The notes under the pieces were generated by a model. It worked only from the letters and a program-made list of their open reading frames with translations. It searched no databases and was not told the origin of the DNA. The position numbers were made by a program, and so were the translations under genes. A stretch of 64,000 nucleotides of DNA, taken from assembly GCA_937775205.1 (NCBI GenBank), contig CALKBX010000014.1:1054-65053 (forward strand). The letters are read 5' to 3'. How positions within the stretch are numbered: the stretch's first letter is position 1; each line of letters begins with the position of its first letter. Below, in pieces: positions 9,002-18,973 of the stretch. Source of the DNA: an uncultured Verrucomicrobiae bacterium. GTDB taxonomy: Bacteria > Verrucomicrobiota > Verrucomicrobiia > Limisphaerales > UBA1100.

Positions 9002-11101
9002 ATGATCCTCTCCTCCGACCAACAGCCCGCAGAAACCTCCGGCCTCGAAGCGCAGGTGGAGGAAATTTTTGGGCCGGGCGGGCTGTTGTCGAAGTCGAAA
9101 AATTTCGAGTTCCGGCCTCAACAACAAGCGATGGCCACGGGCGTAGCGCGGGCGTTGGAAGCGGGAAAGAATTGCGTGGTCGAGGCCGGCACGGGCGTGG
9201 GCAAGAGTCTCGCCTACTTAGTTCCAGCCATTTTGCACGGACAGGCGAGCTTGAAGAAAGCCATCATTTCCACGCACACCATCAATTTGCAGGAACAGTT
9301 GGCGGAAAAGGATCTGCCGATGTTGCAGCGGATTTTGCCGGTGGAGTTTAGTTACACGATGCTGAAAGGGCGCGCTAATTATCTGTGCACGCATCGGCTC
9401 CATCGCGCGTTGCAGCGGGCGGATGGACTGTTCACCTCGCCGGAGATCGCCGAGCTGAAGCGCGTGGCGGAATGGGCGGCGGAAACCAAGGACGGCAGTT
9501 TGTCCGATCTCGATGTGGAGCCGGATCCTAAAGTGTGGGAGGCGGTTTGCTCCGAGCGCGGCCTGTGTGCGCCCAAGCTGTGCGGGCGCGGGAGTGACAC
9601 GGCCTCGCTGCACGGCGAATGTTTTTTCCAAAAAGCGCGACGGCGGTTTCTCAGCGCTGATGTGTTGATCCTCAATCACTCACTTTTTTTTGCGAGCCTC
9701 GGGCTGGTGGCCGATATCGAGGATGACGATGCGGAAGACAGCGTGGGCGACGGGTTGTTGTTCAAAAATGATTTCGCGATTTTTGATGAAGCGCAGCACC
9801 TCGACCGCGTGGCGTCGCGGCACATAGGCCTCAGCGTTTCTAGCGGGCAAATGCGGTTCAACCTCCAGCGCCTGTGGAATCCGCGCACGGAGAAAGGCAT
9901 CCTCTCCGTGTTGCGCAAAGGCAATGTGGTGAAAGGCGTGACCGAGACGCTTAATGAGGCGGAGAAACTTTTTGGCGAAGTCGAAGGGGCGTGCGATGCG
10001 TTGCACGCACAATCGCCGCGCCGCCAACGCGATTGGCAGGAGCTGCGCATTCGGCAGGCGGATTTGGTGGAAGACACCGTGTCGCAGCCGCTGCAACGTC
10101 TGCGCGAATCGCTGGGGCACCTCATCGAGGACAGTGAGGATGAGGAATCCTCCGCCGAGTTGATCGAATGCAACCGGCGTATCGCGGAGATTCGCGACGC
10201 GGTGGCCACCTTCATCGGGCAAGCCGCCGAACAACACGTGTATTGGGTGGAACGCACCGGCCGCAATCGGCAAAACCTTTCGCTGAACGCCGCGCCAATC
10301 GATGCCGCGGACTTCCTGCGGCGCCGCTTGTTTGGCAGCGGATCGCCCGTCATCTGCACCAGCGCCACGCTGGCCGTGGAGGATTCGGATCGCTGCCAAC
10401 TGCCTCCCGAACAAAAGGCAATGTGCCCGGGCTTGGAGTATTTCATCAACCAAGTCGGCGCGGAAACTTCGCGGCGCGCGCAGCTCGGTTCTCCTTTTGA
10501 TTATCAACAAAACGTGAAACTTTATGTGGCTGGGAAAATGCCCGACCCGCGAGCAGACGAATACGGCGAAGCGCTCGTGCAATGGATCGGCCATTTCATC
10601 CGCATGACGCACGGCAAGGCGTTTGTGCTTTTCACTAACGGCAAATTGATGCGCGAGGTGGCGGAGGAAATGGAGCCGTTCTTTGACGAGCTGGGCATCC
10701 GCGCGTTCGTGCAGGGCACCGGCACGCCGCGCGCCACGATGCTGGAACAGTTTAAGCAAGACACTAACTCGGTGTTGTTCGGATTGGACAGCTTTTGGCA
10801 GGGCGTCGATGTGCCGGGCGAATCGCTCTGCAACGTGATCCTCACACGACTGCCCTTCGCCGTGCCAGATCACCCGCTCATCGAGGCGCGCGTGGAGGCG
10901 ATTGAGGCGCGCGGCGGCAATGCGTTTATGGAATTTAATTTGCCGGAGGCCATTTTAAAATTCCGCCAAGGCGTCGGCCGGCTCATTCGCACGCAGGACG
11001 ACAGCGGCATCATCGCCGTGCTCGACAACCGCGTGCTCACTAAGCGATACGGCCAAAAATTCATCGATGCCCTCCCGCAAATGGAGTTGGAAATTGTGTG
11101 A
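9002..11101 (+). CDS. dinG: DinG/YoaA family ATP-dependent helicase
   Basis: Q motif RPQQ, EAGTGVGKS, KGRANYLC with Fe-S Cys residues, DEAQH, SATL, QGVGRLIR. Confidence 0.9.
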   Translation: MILSSDQQPAETSGLEAQVEEIFGPGGLLSKSKNFEFRPQQQAMATGVARALEAGKNCVVEAGTGVGKSLAYLVPAILHGQASLKKAIISTHTINLQEQLAEKDLPMLQRILPVEFSYTMLKGRANYLCTHRLHRALQRADGLFTSPEIAELKRVAEWAAETKDGSLSDLDVEPDPKVWEAVCSERGLCAPKLCGRGSDTASLHGECFFQKARRRFLSADVLILNHSLFFASLGLVADIEDDDAEDSVGDGLLFKNDFAIFDEAQHLDRVASRHIGLSVSSGQMRFNLQRLWNPRTEKGILSVLRKGNVVKGVTETLNEAEKLFGEVEGACDALHAQSPRRQRDWQELRIRQADLVEDTVSQPLQRLRESLGHLIEDSEDEESSAELIECNRRIAEIRDAVATFIGQAAEQHVYWVERTGRNRQNLSLNAAPIDAADFLRRRLFGSGSPVICTSATLAVEDSDRCQLPPEQKAMCPGLEYFINQVGAETSRRAQLGSPFDYQQNVKLYVAGKMPDPRADEYGEALVQWIGHFIRMTHGKAFVLFTNGKLMREVAEEMEPFFDELGIRAFVQGTGTPRATMLEQFKQDTNSVLFGLDSFWQGVDVPGESLCNVILTRLPFAVPDHPLIEARVEAIEARGGNAFMEFNLPEAILKFRQGVGRLIRTQDDSGIIAVLDNRVLTKRYGQKFIDALPQMELEIV

Positions 11102-11146
11102 CGCGCGCGGGCTTGATTCCCGCCAGCAGCCTGTTAAACTCTCCGC

Positions 11147-11551
11147 ATGTCCGACATTGCCGAATTTGTTCATTCCAACGCAGCCAAAGTGTCACCCAAA
11201 ATTCTGCACGGGATCCACCTCAAGCTCCCCCAATTGAAGCTGGAGTTTGCCGAGATTCACGCGCCAAAATATCCGCACCTTGTCGATCAGCTCGAGCTGT
11301 TGGCCGATGTGATCGAAGACTATGCCGAGGGAGCGGATCAGGAGATTCCGTTTTTTGTGGTCGCAGAATCCTGCTTCGCTCTCGCCTACGCGCACAAGCA
11401 AACACATCTCATCCCCGATCACGTCCCCGATGTGGGCTATGCTGACGAATCCGCCGTGGTGCGCACCGTGTTCATCGAAAACGAAAAAGCCCTCAGCGAA
11501 TACTGCAAACGCCACGGGCTCGACTTCGCGGAAGTGACCACCGCAGCATAG
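11147..11551 (+). CDS. YkvA/DUF1232-like protein
   Basis: FALAY...LIPDHVPDVGYADE resembles the DUF1232 motif DLIPDxIPxxGxxDD. Confidence 0.65.
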   Translation: MSDIAEFVHSNAAKVSPKILHGIHLKLPQLKLEFAEIHAPKYPHLVDQLELLADVIEDYAEGADQEIPFFVVAESCFALAYAHKQTHLIPDHVPDVGYADESAVVRTVFIENEKALSEYCKRHGLDFAEVTTAA

Positions 11552-11608
11552 CCACTAGCTACATTTCCGGTTTACATCTGACCAGCGGGCGTTAGCCTTG
11601 GGGCTTCC

Positions 11609-12571
11609 ATGAAACGCATCACCGCTCTTTTCCTTTCGTTCGCCTTCGCCGCTGTTGCGATGGCTGAAGACCTCCGCATTGGCCTCATCGGGCTGGACAC
11701 TTCCCACGTCATTGCCTTCACCAAAATCATCAATGACCCCAAAGCCACCGGCCCACTCGCAAAAGCAAAAGTGGTTGCGGCCTTCAGGGGCGGCAGTCGC
11801 GACATCCCTTCCAGCGCGGATCGCATTGATAAATATACCGAAACACTCACGAAAGAATACGGCCTCAAGCTCTACCCCACCATCGCCGAGCTGTGTAAAA
11901 ATGTGGACGCCATCATGCTCGAAAGCGTCGATGGCCGGCCCAAGGTACGCCAAGCCATCCCGGTGATTGATGCGGGCTTGCCGCTGTTCATCGACAAACC
12001 GATGGCCGGCTCATTGGCGGATGTGATTTTCATTTTTGATTACGCCAAGAAAAAGGGCGTGCCAATTTTCAGTTCATCGTCGCTGCGTTACGGGAAAACG
12101 AACCAAGCCATTCGCCACGGCTCCATCGGCACTGTCGCCCGCGCCGAGGTGCACAGCCCCTGCTCGCTGGAGGTGCATCATCCGGATTTGTTTTGGTACG
12201 GCGTGCACGGATGCGAATCGCTCTTCACCATCATGGGCACCGGCTGCCAAAGCGTTGTGCGGCGAACCACCGCCGATGGCAAAATCGAAGTGGAAGGCAC
12301 GTGGAAAGGCGGCCGCACTGGCATCTTCCGCGAAGGCAAAGGCTACGGCGGCAAAGCCAAAGGCACCAAAGGCGAAAGCGAAGCGGGTGGTTACGACGGC
12401 TATGCGCCGCTCGTGGTGGAGGCGGTGAAAATGTTCCAAACCGGCAAAGTTCCCGTGAGCGCGCAGGAAACCATCGAGATGTTCGCCTTCATGGCCGCCG
12501 CCGATGAAAGCAAACGCCGCGACGGCAAGCCGGTGACGATCAAGGAAATGATCGAGCAGGCGCGGCAGTAA
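11609..12571 (+). CDS. Secreted Gfo/Idh/MocA family oxidoreductase
   Basis: Signal peptide, IGLIGLDTSH, FIDKPMA, SSSSLRY, WYGVHG. Confidence 0.85.
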   Translation: MKRITALFLSFAFAAVAMAEDLRIGLIGLDTSHVIAFTKIINDPKATGPLAKAKVVAAFRGGSRDIPSSADRIDKYTETLTKEYGLKLYPTIAELCKNVDAIMLESVDGRPKVRQAIPVIDAGLPLFIDKPMAGSLADVIFIFDYAKKKGVPIFSSSSLRYGKTNQAIRHGSIGTVARAEVHSPCSLEVHHPDLFWYGVHGCESLFTIMGTGCQSVVRRTTADGKIEVEGTWKGGRTGIFREGKGYGGKAKGTKGESEAGGYDGYAPLVVEAVKMFQTGKVPVSAQETIEMFAFMAAADESKRRDGKPVTIKEMIEQARQ

Positions 12572-12575
12572 TAAA

Positions 12576-13142
12576 TCAGCCCAACTTCAGAAAATTCCGC
12601 AGCAACGTCCGGCCGTCCTCGGTGAGGATGCTTTCGGGATGAAACTGCACGCCCCAAATCGGATGCTCCTTGTGGCGCAATCCCATCACTTCGCCGGCCT
12701 CGGTCTCGGCGGTGATTTCTAGACACTCGGGAACGGTGTCGCGCTTGACGACGAGTGAATGATAACGCGTGGCGACGAAGGGATTGGGCATGCCTTCGAA
12801 CAGGTTTTTTTCGTCATGCGAAATGGGCGAGGTTTTGCCATGCATGATTTGGTCGTTCACCACCACCTCCGCGCCGAACGAATGCCCGATGCATTGATGC
12901 CCAAGGCACACGCCCAAGAGCGGCGTGCGCGGGCCGAAGGTTTTTATGATGTCATTAGAGAGCCCCGCCTCGCGCGGCGTACACGGCCCGGGCGAAATAA
13001 GAATGCGCTCCGGCTTCAGTGCCTCGATTTGTTCCAGCGTGATTTCATCATTCCGATGCACCTCCATCGCCACATCCTCCTCGCCGAGATACTGGACGAG
13101 GTTAAACGTAAACGAATCGTAGTTGTCGATGACGAGTAGCAT
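12576..13142 (-). CDS. trpG: Anthranilate/aminodeoxychorismate synthase component II (TrpG/PabA)
   Basis: [35 protein letters not shown]. Confidence 0.92.
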   Translation of the reverse strand: MLLVIDNYDSFTFNLVQYLGEEDVAMEVHRNDEITLEQIEALKPERILISPGPCTPREAGLSNDIIKTFGPRTPLLGVCLGHQCIGHSFGAEVVVNDQIMHGKTSPISHDEKNLFEGMPNPFVATRYHSLVVKRDTVPECLEITAETEAGEVMGLRHKEHPIWGVQFHPESILTEDGRTLLRNFLKLG

Positions 13143-13146
13143 TAGT

Positions 13147-13749
13147 TTACTTTTTTGCCTTCCGCTTGGGCTTGGGCATATTGAATAGCTCTAATTGTGG
13201 CGCGGCGAAGAGGTCGTAGTTTTTTAGGATGCGGATGATTTGGAGGAGGTCGCTTTTTTGGTAGTTACGGTTGACCTCGATGTGGTCGATGAGGTCGGAG
13301 AGCATGGTGCGAAAGGCAATGACGGCGTCGATGCCTTTGGCGCGGAGGACGTCGATGCTCTGCTGGCGGGCTTCGCCGGCGGTGGGGAGGGCGGGGACGA
13401 CGAGGATTTTGGTGAGCGGCCCGGGGCCGCCGAAGGCGTGGGTGGCGCGGGCGAAAGTTTCTGGGCCGGCGAAGCGAAACATCTCCGGCGCGTGGGCGAG
13501 CACGGCTTGGGTGAAGACTTCGGTATGCCAAGCCTTTACCACCACCACGGCGCGCGTGAGATGCTTAAGGTCGTCGGCAGATTCGAGTACGAAGGGGACC
13601 TCGGGTTCGTCGGTGGGGCCGCCGGGATTATGTACGTAGAAATCTACTTCGTCATCCTCGCGCTTGGGCGCGATGTGCTTGCGCTGCTGTCGCACGAAGA
13701 ATCCGTGCAACTCGAAGAATTCGCGGACGATGGTTTCGCTAACAGCCAT
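13147..13749 (-). CDS. Hypothetical protein, possible PD-(D/E)xK-like fold
   Basis: Operon-like position between aroB and trpG; EFFELHGF...EVDF...VVVKAWH pattern. Confidence 0.7.
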   Translation of the reverse strand: MAVSETIVREFFELHGFFVRQQRKHIAPKREDDEVDFYVHNPGGPTDEPEVPFVLESADDLKHLTRAVVVVKAWHTEVFTQAVLAHAPEMFRFAGPETFARATHAFGGPGPLTKILVVPALPTAGEARQQSIDVLRAKGIDAVIAFRTMLSDLIDHIEVNRNYQKSDLLQIIRILKNYDLFAAPQLELFNMPKPKRKAKK

Positions 13750-14854
13750 TTGGGAGATTGAGGGTTGAGGGTTGAAGGTTGAGGGACTGGCGGATTTGGG
13801 CGGGTTGGACTTTTTGTCCGGTTAAAACTTGGCCGATTTTTTTGGCGAGGACGAAATTGATTTGGCCGGCGGTTACTTTTTTGTCGAGTTGGATGGCGGT
13901 GAAGAGGCGTTTGGTTTGGGCGAGGGTGAGCTTCACGCTTGTTGGCAGGCCAGTGTTTTTGAAGAGGGCGGTGATGCGGGCGGTGTCTTTTGCGGGAAGA
14001 CCGGCTTGGGCTTGGGAGATTCTGGCAGCGGCGACTTGGCCGATGCTGATGGCTTCGCCGTGGAGGTATTTTCCGTATTTCGAAATGGCCTCGAGGCCGT
14101 GGCCGAGGGTGTGGCCAAAGTTGAGAATGGCGCGCAGACCGGTTTCGTTTTCATCAAGGCCGACGACGGCCGCCTTGATTTGACAGCAGCGCGCGATGAC
14201 GGCCGCGAGGGTGGCGGGGTGCTGTTGCAGCAGCTTGGGCAAATCGCGCTCGAGGCGGGTAAAGAGTTTTGCATCGTAAATGATGCCGTATTTAATGACC
14301 TCCGCGAGGCCGGCGCGGAACTCGCGCGCGGGCAAGGTGCGCAGCGTGTCGAGGTCACACAGGACGAATTTGGGTTGGTGAAATGCGCCGACGAGATTTT
14401 TGCCAGCGGCCAAGTTGACGCCGACCTTGCCGCCGACGGAGCTGTCCACCTGCGCGAGGAGTGTGGTGGGCACTTGCACAAAATCAATGCCGCGCAAATA
14501 GGTGGCGGCCACAAATCCAGCCATGTCTCCGACCACGCCGCCGCCGAGGGCGACCACAAACGAGCCTCGCTCGATGCGGTGCTTGGCCAGTTGATCGTAA
14601 CACGCCTGCACATTTTTTAGCGTCTTGGCCTGTTCGCCGGCGGGTTGGGAAATGAAGACGGGCGCAAAGCCGGCGGCCTTGAGCGAAGCGAGGGCGGGTT
14701 TGCGATAGCGGCGGGCAACGGTGGTATCGGAAATCACCACGCAGCGTTGGCCGAGTTTTTGGTGGGCGCAATGTTTGCCGAGGTCAGCGAGCAGTCCCGC
14801 CCCGATGTGAATCGGGTACGTTCGGTCTGCCAGCGGTACCTTGACCGTGCGCAC
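13739..14854 (-). CDS. aroB: 3-dehydroquinate synthase
   Basis: GEQAK, ALGGGVVGD, PTTLLAQVDSSVGGK, LNFGHT, HGEAI. Confidence 0.96.
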   Translation of the reverse strand: MRTVKVPLADRTYPIHIGAGLLADLGKHCAHQKLGQRCVVISDTTVARRYRKPALASLKAAGFAPVFISQPAGEQAKTLKNVQACYDQLAKHRIERGSFVVALGGGVVGDMAGFVAATYLRGIDFVQVPTTLLAQVDSSVGGKVGVNLAAGKNLVGAFHQPKFVLCDLDTLRTLPAREFRAGLAEVIKYGIIYDAKLFTRLERDLPKLLQQHPATLAAVIARCCQIKAAVVGLDENETGLRAILNFGHTLGHGLEAISKYGKYLHGEAISIGQVAAARISQAQAGLPAKDTARITALFKNTGLPTSVKLTLAQTKRLFTAIQLDKKVTAGQINFVLAKKIGQVLTGQKVQPAQIRQSLNLQPSTLNLPNGC

Positions 14855-14862
14855 GGCGGGGG

Positions 14863-16716
14863 TCAGGCGGTGGCCTGTTCGGCGACGTACGGGGCGATGC
14901 CCTCCACGCGCAGGCGGCGGGTTTCGCCGCCGAGTTCAAATTCAATTTCTTCCCCAGCCGCGCGGCCGAGAATGGCCTGGCCCATGGGGGTGAGGTAGCT
15001 GATGAGGTTGTTATCCGGGTCGCCGTCCCACGCGCCGAGCAGGGCAAACTCCTCACGAACGCCGCTGCCGAGATGGGTAACGGTGACGCGCGTGCCTACG
15101 TTGGCGGCGGCGGCATCGGCATCGACGTAGTTCATGCCGCGCGCGCGGTCGAGGTCGCGCTCCCATTCGGCTTGCAGAGCGGTCAACACTTTTTGCTGTT
15201 CCTTGGCGGCTTTAAATTCGTGGTTCTCGCGAAGATCGCCGTACTCGCGGGCGATTTCGATTTCCTTGGAGTTGGCCGGGATGCGCTTTTGCTTCAAGTC
15301 CTCCAACTCCGTCGCGCGCCGTTCGAGGCTGGCCCACGATACCATCAACGTGCCTTCTCCCTCGGCTTTCTTCTCCGGCTTGTCCTTCTCGCTGCCGGTG
15401 ATGAATTCCTGAATCTCCGGACGCGTTTTCACAATTTTGCCCAGCACCGATCGTTTGTCCATCCCCTCAAAACTCGTGGAGAGCTGAATGGCGCGGGTGA
15501 TGTCCTGCACCACTTCGAGTTCCGCCGACTTAGTGAGCGTCTCGATAAGGCCGGTGTCGGCCAGAATATAATCGCGCAGTTTGCACGCGCGCTTTTCGGC
15601 GCTGGTTTCGCGCTCGATGGCCGAGAGCATCGCGCCGAAGGCTTCAGTCGTCAGTAAATCCGCATATTCCTCGGGCTGTTCCTTGGCCAACCACAGCAAC
15701 AGCTCGGCCGCGGCGGCGTGGTGGTTGATGAGATGTTCCAGCTCTTCCTTAAACGTTCCGGCTTGGTCGTGCGCGGCGAGAAGATTCGCGCACTCGCCCA
15801 CCAATCGCGCGGGCACTTGATTGGTCATCACCAACAGCGAGGTCGCCCATTCTTCGTTGTTCGCTTGGAAGGAATCGAGCACGCGCCGTTGCCGCGCCGC
15901 CGGCACGGCTGTCACCACTTCTTTCACCGAAGGATTCGTCTCCCAAACCGTGGCCTCGGTGGGTGCGCCTTCGCCGATCTCCGCGCCCAGTGCCTTGGCA
16001 AGGTCATCACGCGCCATCACCGCTTCCAGCGCGAGCGGCGCTTGCGTTCTGGCGTGGCTTTTAATTTCTTCGTTCAACTTGCCGAGCGTGCCTTCCGCCA
16101 TCGCGGCGGCATCGTCGAGGTCGCCGGCATTCTTGGAAATCTCCGCCGCCACCACCACCCGCGCTTTCAACCCGCGGGCACTCGAAAAATCCTGCTGCAA
16201 TCGTTCCTGCAACGGAATCTCCTGCGATTGATATTCGATGGCCTCGGTCTTTTTGGTGGGCAGCTTGAAGTGGCCGTCCTTTTTCATTTCGCGCCGCGCG
16301 GTCTCCCACCATTTTTTATAATCGTCTTTTTCAATCACCTCGGGCACGAGCGATTCCTGCACTTTATCTGCGGTGGCAAAAATTCCGTAACTATCAATAA
16401 TGACTTTAATTACCTCTTGATGTTGCAGCGCGGCCATTTGTTTGAGGCCAGTCATATCCGTGGCTTTGCGCGCCTCGATGTGGTCTTTGGAAATCGGCGT
16501 GAGAATTTTGGGCGCGAAGGCGAGGTCGATGCTGTGGCCGGGGCGACTGTTGAAATCCACCGCCATTTTCCCGAGCACTACGTCCACGGTTTTGATGCGG
16601 CCAAAGCCCCAGCTCTTGTGCATGCAAAAACCTTCGGTCGCCATTTGCACGAGGATTTCCACATCGCCGGGGAGGATTTTGCCAGAGGCCGCTAGTTTTT
16701 CGAATTCTTCTTTCAT
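14863..16716 (-). CDS. greA: Long GreA/GreB-family transcription elongation factor
   Basis: C-terminal AREYGDLRENHEFKAAKE and ISYLTPMGQAILG; ~450-aa N-terminal extension containing HKSWGFG. Confidence 0.88.
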   Translation of the reverse strand: MKEEFEKLAASGKILPGDVEILVQMATEGFCMHKSWGFGRIKTVDVVLGKMAVDFNSRPGHSIDLAFAPKILTPISKDHIEARKATDMTGLKQMAALQHQEVIKVIIDSYGIFATADKVQESLVPEVIEKDDYKKWWETARREMKKDGHFKLPTKKTEAIEYQSQEIPLQERLQQDFSSARGLKARVVVAAEISKNAGDLDDAAAMAEGTLGKLNEEIKSHARTQAPLALEAVMARDDLAKALGAEIGEGAPTEATVWETNPSVKEVVTAVPAARQRRVLDSFQANNEEWATSLLVMTNQVPARLVGECANLLAAHDQAGTFKEELEHLINHHAAAAELLLWLAKEQPEEYADLLTTEAFGAMLSAIERETSAEKRACKLRDYILADTGLIETLTKSAELEVVQDITRAIQLSTSFEGMDKRSVLGKIVKTRPEIQEFITGSEKDKPEKKAEGEGTLMVSWASLERRATELEDLKQKRIPANSKEIEIAREYGDLRENHEFKAAKEQQKVLTALQAEWERDLDRARGMNYVDADAAAANVGTRVTVTHLGSGVREEFALLGAWDGDPDNNLISYLTPMGQAILGRAAGEEIEFELGGETRRLRVEGIAPYVAEQATA

Positions 16717-16791
16717 AGGTTTGACAACGCGCCGCCCCGCGATGTAGCGAAAGGACTCGCGTGACAGAGTGCGTGGGCGGATAATAGCGGC

Positions 16792-18111
16792 GTGCCAAGG
16801 CAAAATCCAAGAGAAATCGCCGCGCGCCTCCTGCGAGAGTGGGAGCGAGGCCCGGAAACCGCCGACACCCTGCTGGCCGGTGCCCTGCCGCACTTGCCCC
16901 CGCGCGATCGCGGCTTGTGCCAGGAGCTGATGCTCGGCGTCATCCGGCATCGCGCCGCGCTGGACTGGTTGATTGACCAAAAAACCAATGGCCGCCGCCA
17001 GCAAGCGCTCGCGCAAATTCTCTTGCGGCTCGGTTTATACCAGATTTTCTGGCTCGACCGCATCCCCGGCCACGCCGCCGTGAACGAAACGGTCAGCCTC
17101 GCCCGTCGTCACGACCTCGGTCCGCAAGCGGGATTTCTCAATGCCGTGCTCCGCAATTGCCTCCGCGAAATGGACGACTGGCGCGCGCGCTTGGACGATC
17201 TCCGGCGCGAACGCCCCGCCATCGGCCACTCGCATCCGCAGTGGCTCGTGCAACGCTGGCAGGATCGCTGGCCGGATTATGACAAACTGCTCGAGTGGAA
17301 CAACACCCCCGCGCCCGTGTACGCCCGCCGCAATCCGCTGCGCGCCACCGCCCCCGAGCTGGAGGCCCAATGGAAAAACGAGGGCGCGACGTTTGAGCCC
17401 GTGAAGCGCGATTGGCTCGGCTCGCACGAAATATATCACTTGCAAAGCGACGGCTCGCCCGCCGCGCTGGAAAGTTTTGCCGAAGGGAAATTTTATGTGC
17501 AAGACCCAAGCACGCTCGCATCCGTTTATGAACTCAACCCGCAAGCGGGCGAAAACATTCTCGACCTCTGCGCTGCGCCCGGCGGCAAGTCCACCGCCAT
17601 CGCCGAACGAATGAACAACGAAGGCAGCGTCCTCGCCATCGATCTCGATGAAGCCCGCCTCGGGCGCTTGCGCGAAAACATCGCGCGCCTCGGCCACACT
17701 TGCATCGAGCCCAAACCGTTGCACGCCATCGACCTCAAAAACGCCGGGCCCTTCGACCGCATTCTCGTCGATGCCCCCTGCTCCAACACCGGCGTGATGC
17801 GCCGCCGCGTGGACGTCCGCTGGCGGCTGCACGCGCGCGAGCTGGCCGTGCTCGCCCGCACGCAACTGGATTTACTCCAACGCGCCGCGCGTCTTTTGCC
17901 CGTGGACGGCACGCTGGTTTACAGCACCTGCAGTTTGGAGCACGAGGAAAACGAAGCGGTGGTGGAAAAGTTTCTGCAAAAGCGGCGCGATTTCGAACAG
18001 GAAATCGCCCGCACAATCACGCCGATGGCCGATGGCGTGGACGGCGCATTCGTCGCGTGTCTGCGACGCGTGGAGTTGAGTGCTACCGCGCCGGAACCAG
18101 CAGCTTGCTAA
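16792..18111 (+). CDS. rsmB: 16S rRNA m5C967 methyltransferase RsmB/Sun
   Basis: NusB-like N-terminus, VQD, DLCAAPGGK, DAPCS, YSTCS. Confidence 0.92.
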   Translation: MPRQNPREIAARLLREWERGPETADTLLAGALPHLPPRDRGLCQELMLGVIRHRAALDWLIDQKTNGRRQQALAQILLRLGLYQIFWLDRIPGHAAVNETVSLARRHDLGPQAGFLNAVLRNCLREMDDWRARLDDLRRERPAIGHSHPQWLVQRWQDRWPDYDKLLEWNNTPAPVYARRNPLRATAPELEAQWKNEGATFEPVKRDWLGSHEIYHLQSDGSPAALESFAEGKFYVQDPSTLASVYELNPQAGENILDLCAAPGGKSTAIAERMNNEGSVLAIDLDEARLGRLRENIARLGHTCIEPKPLHAIDLKNAGPFDRILVDAPCSNTGVMRRRVDVRWRLHARELAVLARTQLDLLQRAARLLPVDGTLVYSTCSLEHEENEAVVEKFLQKRRDFEQEIARTITPMADGVDGAFVACLRRVELSATAPEPAAC

Positions 18112-18973
18112 TCGGCGCGTGGTCATCCGTGAGCACCGGCGATTTTGCCGCGCTCAACGGTGCATTAGCCTGAATGCGCCCCAGCCGTGGACCGAAATGC
18201 GCCGGCAACTTCGGCTGCGCACGCCGCAGCAAATCCAGCCGCGCACGCAGCGTGGCACTCGTCAGCCCGCCGGTCTTTGCCTTCACCCCCACCAGCACGA
18301 TGTTGCGCGAATCGGCAGCGGGGAAATGGTACACGTGCGGGAACACCGTTTTCATCGTGCGATACATCGACCCCACGATATCCGCCCGCCATTCGTTGTA
18401 CGTGCCAATCACGTTATACGCCAGCACCCCGTTGACGGTCAGATCCTCCGCCGCGAGTTGAAAAAATTCTTTGGTCGCCAAGTGATACGGAATGAATGAG
18501 CCATACGTATTCGACGAATAGGCGTCCATCATAATGGCATCGTATTTCCGCTCCTTGTTGCGGCGCAAATAACCGCGCCCATCGCTGATGTGAATTTTAT
18601 GAGTTTTATTTTCCTTCACCCCAAACCATTCCTTGGCCACCTTGGCCACGGTGGGATCCAGCTCCACGGTGTCCACGTGCACGGTTGGAAAATAATGCTG
18701 AAATGCCCGCTGCGTGCTGCCGCCGCCCAGCCCCATCACCAGCACACGCTTGGGTTTGGGATTCCAGAGGAGCGGCATTTGAAAATAATCGGTGTACTCA
18801 AAATGCCCGAGCAACGGATTGGCAATCAACAGGCGCGTTTCCATTGAGCCATTGAAGCGCAGCATTCGATAGCCGCCTTTGTCCTCCACCGTGATTTGGT
18901 TGTGCGCCGATTGGCTGCGATGCCGCACGGCGCCTTCCGCCACTGCCGCAAAAAGCAGCGCCACGGTGATCAC
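18083..18973 (-). CDS. Spermidine-synthase-like SAM-dependent transferase domain protein
   Basis: VLVMGLGGGS, VELDP, DGR, DAIMMDAY, LTDDHAP. GTG start overlaps the upstream TAG (TAGTG); alternative ATG at 19000. Confidence 0.8.
   Translation of the reverse strand: MITVALLFAAVAEGAVRHRSQSAHNQITVEDKGGYRMLRFNGSMETRLLIANPLLGHFEYTDYFQMPLLWNPKPKRVLVMGLGGGSTQRAFQHYFPTVHVDTVELDPTVAKVAKEWFGVKENKTHKIHISDGRGYLRRNKERKYDAIMMDAYSSNTYGSFIPYHLATKEFFQLAAEDLTVNGVLAYNVIGTYNEWRADIVGSMYRTMKTVFPHVYHFPAADSRNIVLVGVKAKTGGLTSATLRARLDLLRRAQPKLPAHFGPRLGRIQANAPLSAAKSPVLTDDHAPISKLLVPAR

Noticed and set aside
14863-16716. Long GreA as a novelty
   Set aside because: N-terminally extended GreA proteins are already known from Chlamydiae, spirochetes and related lineages.
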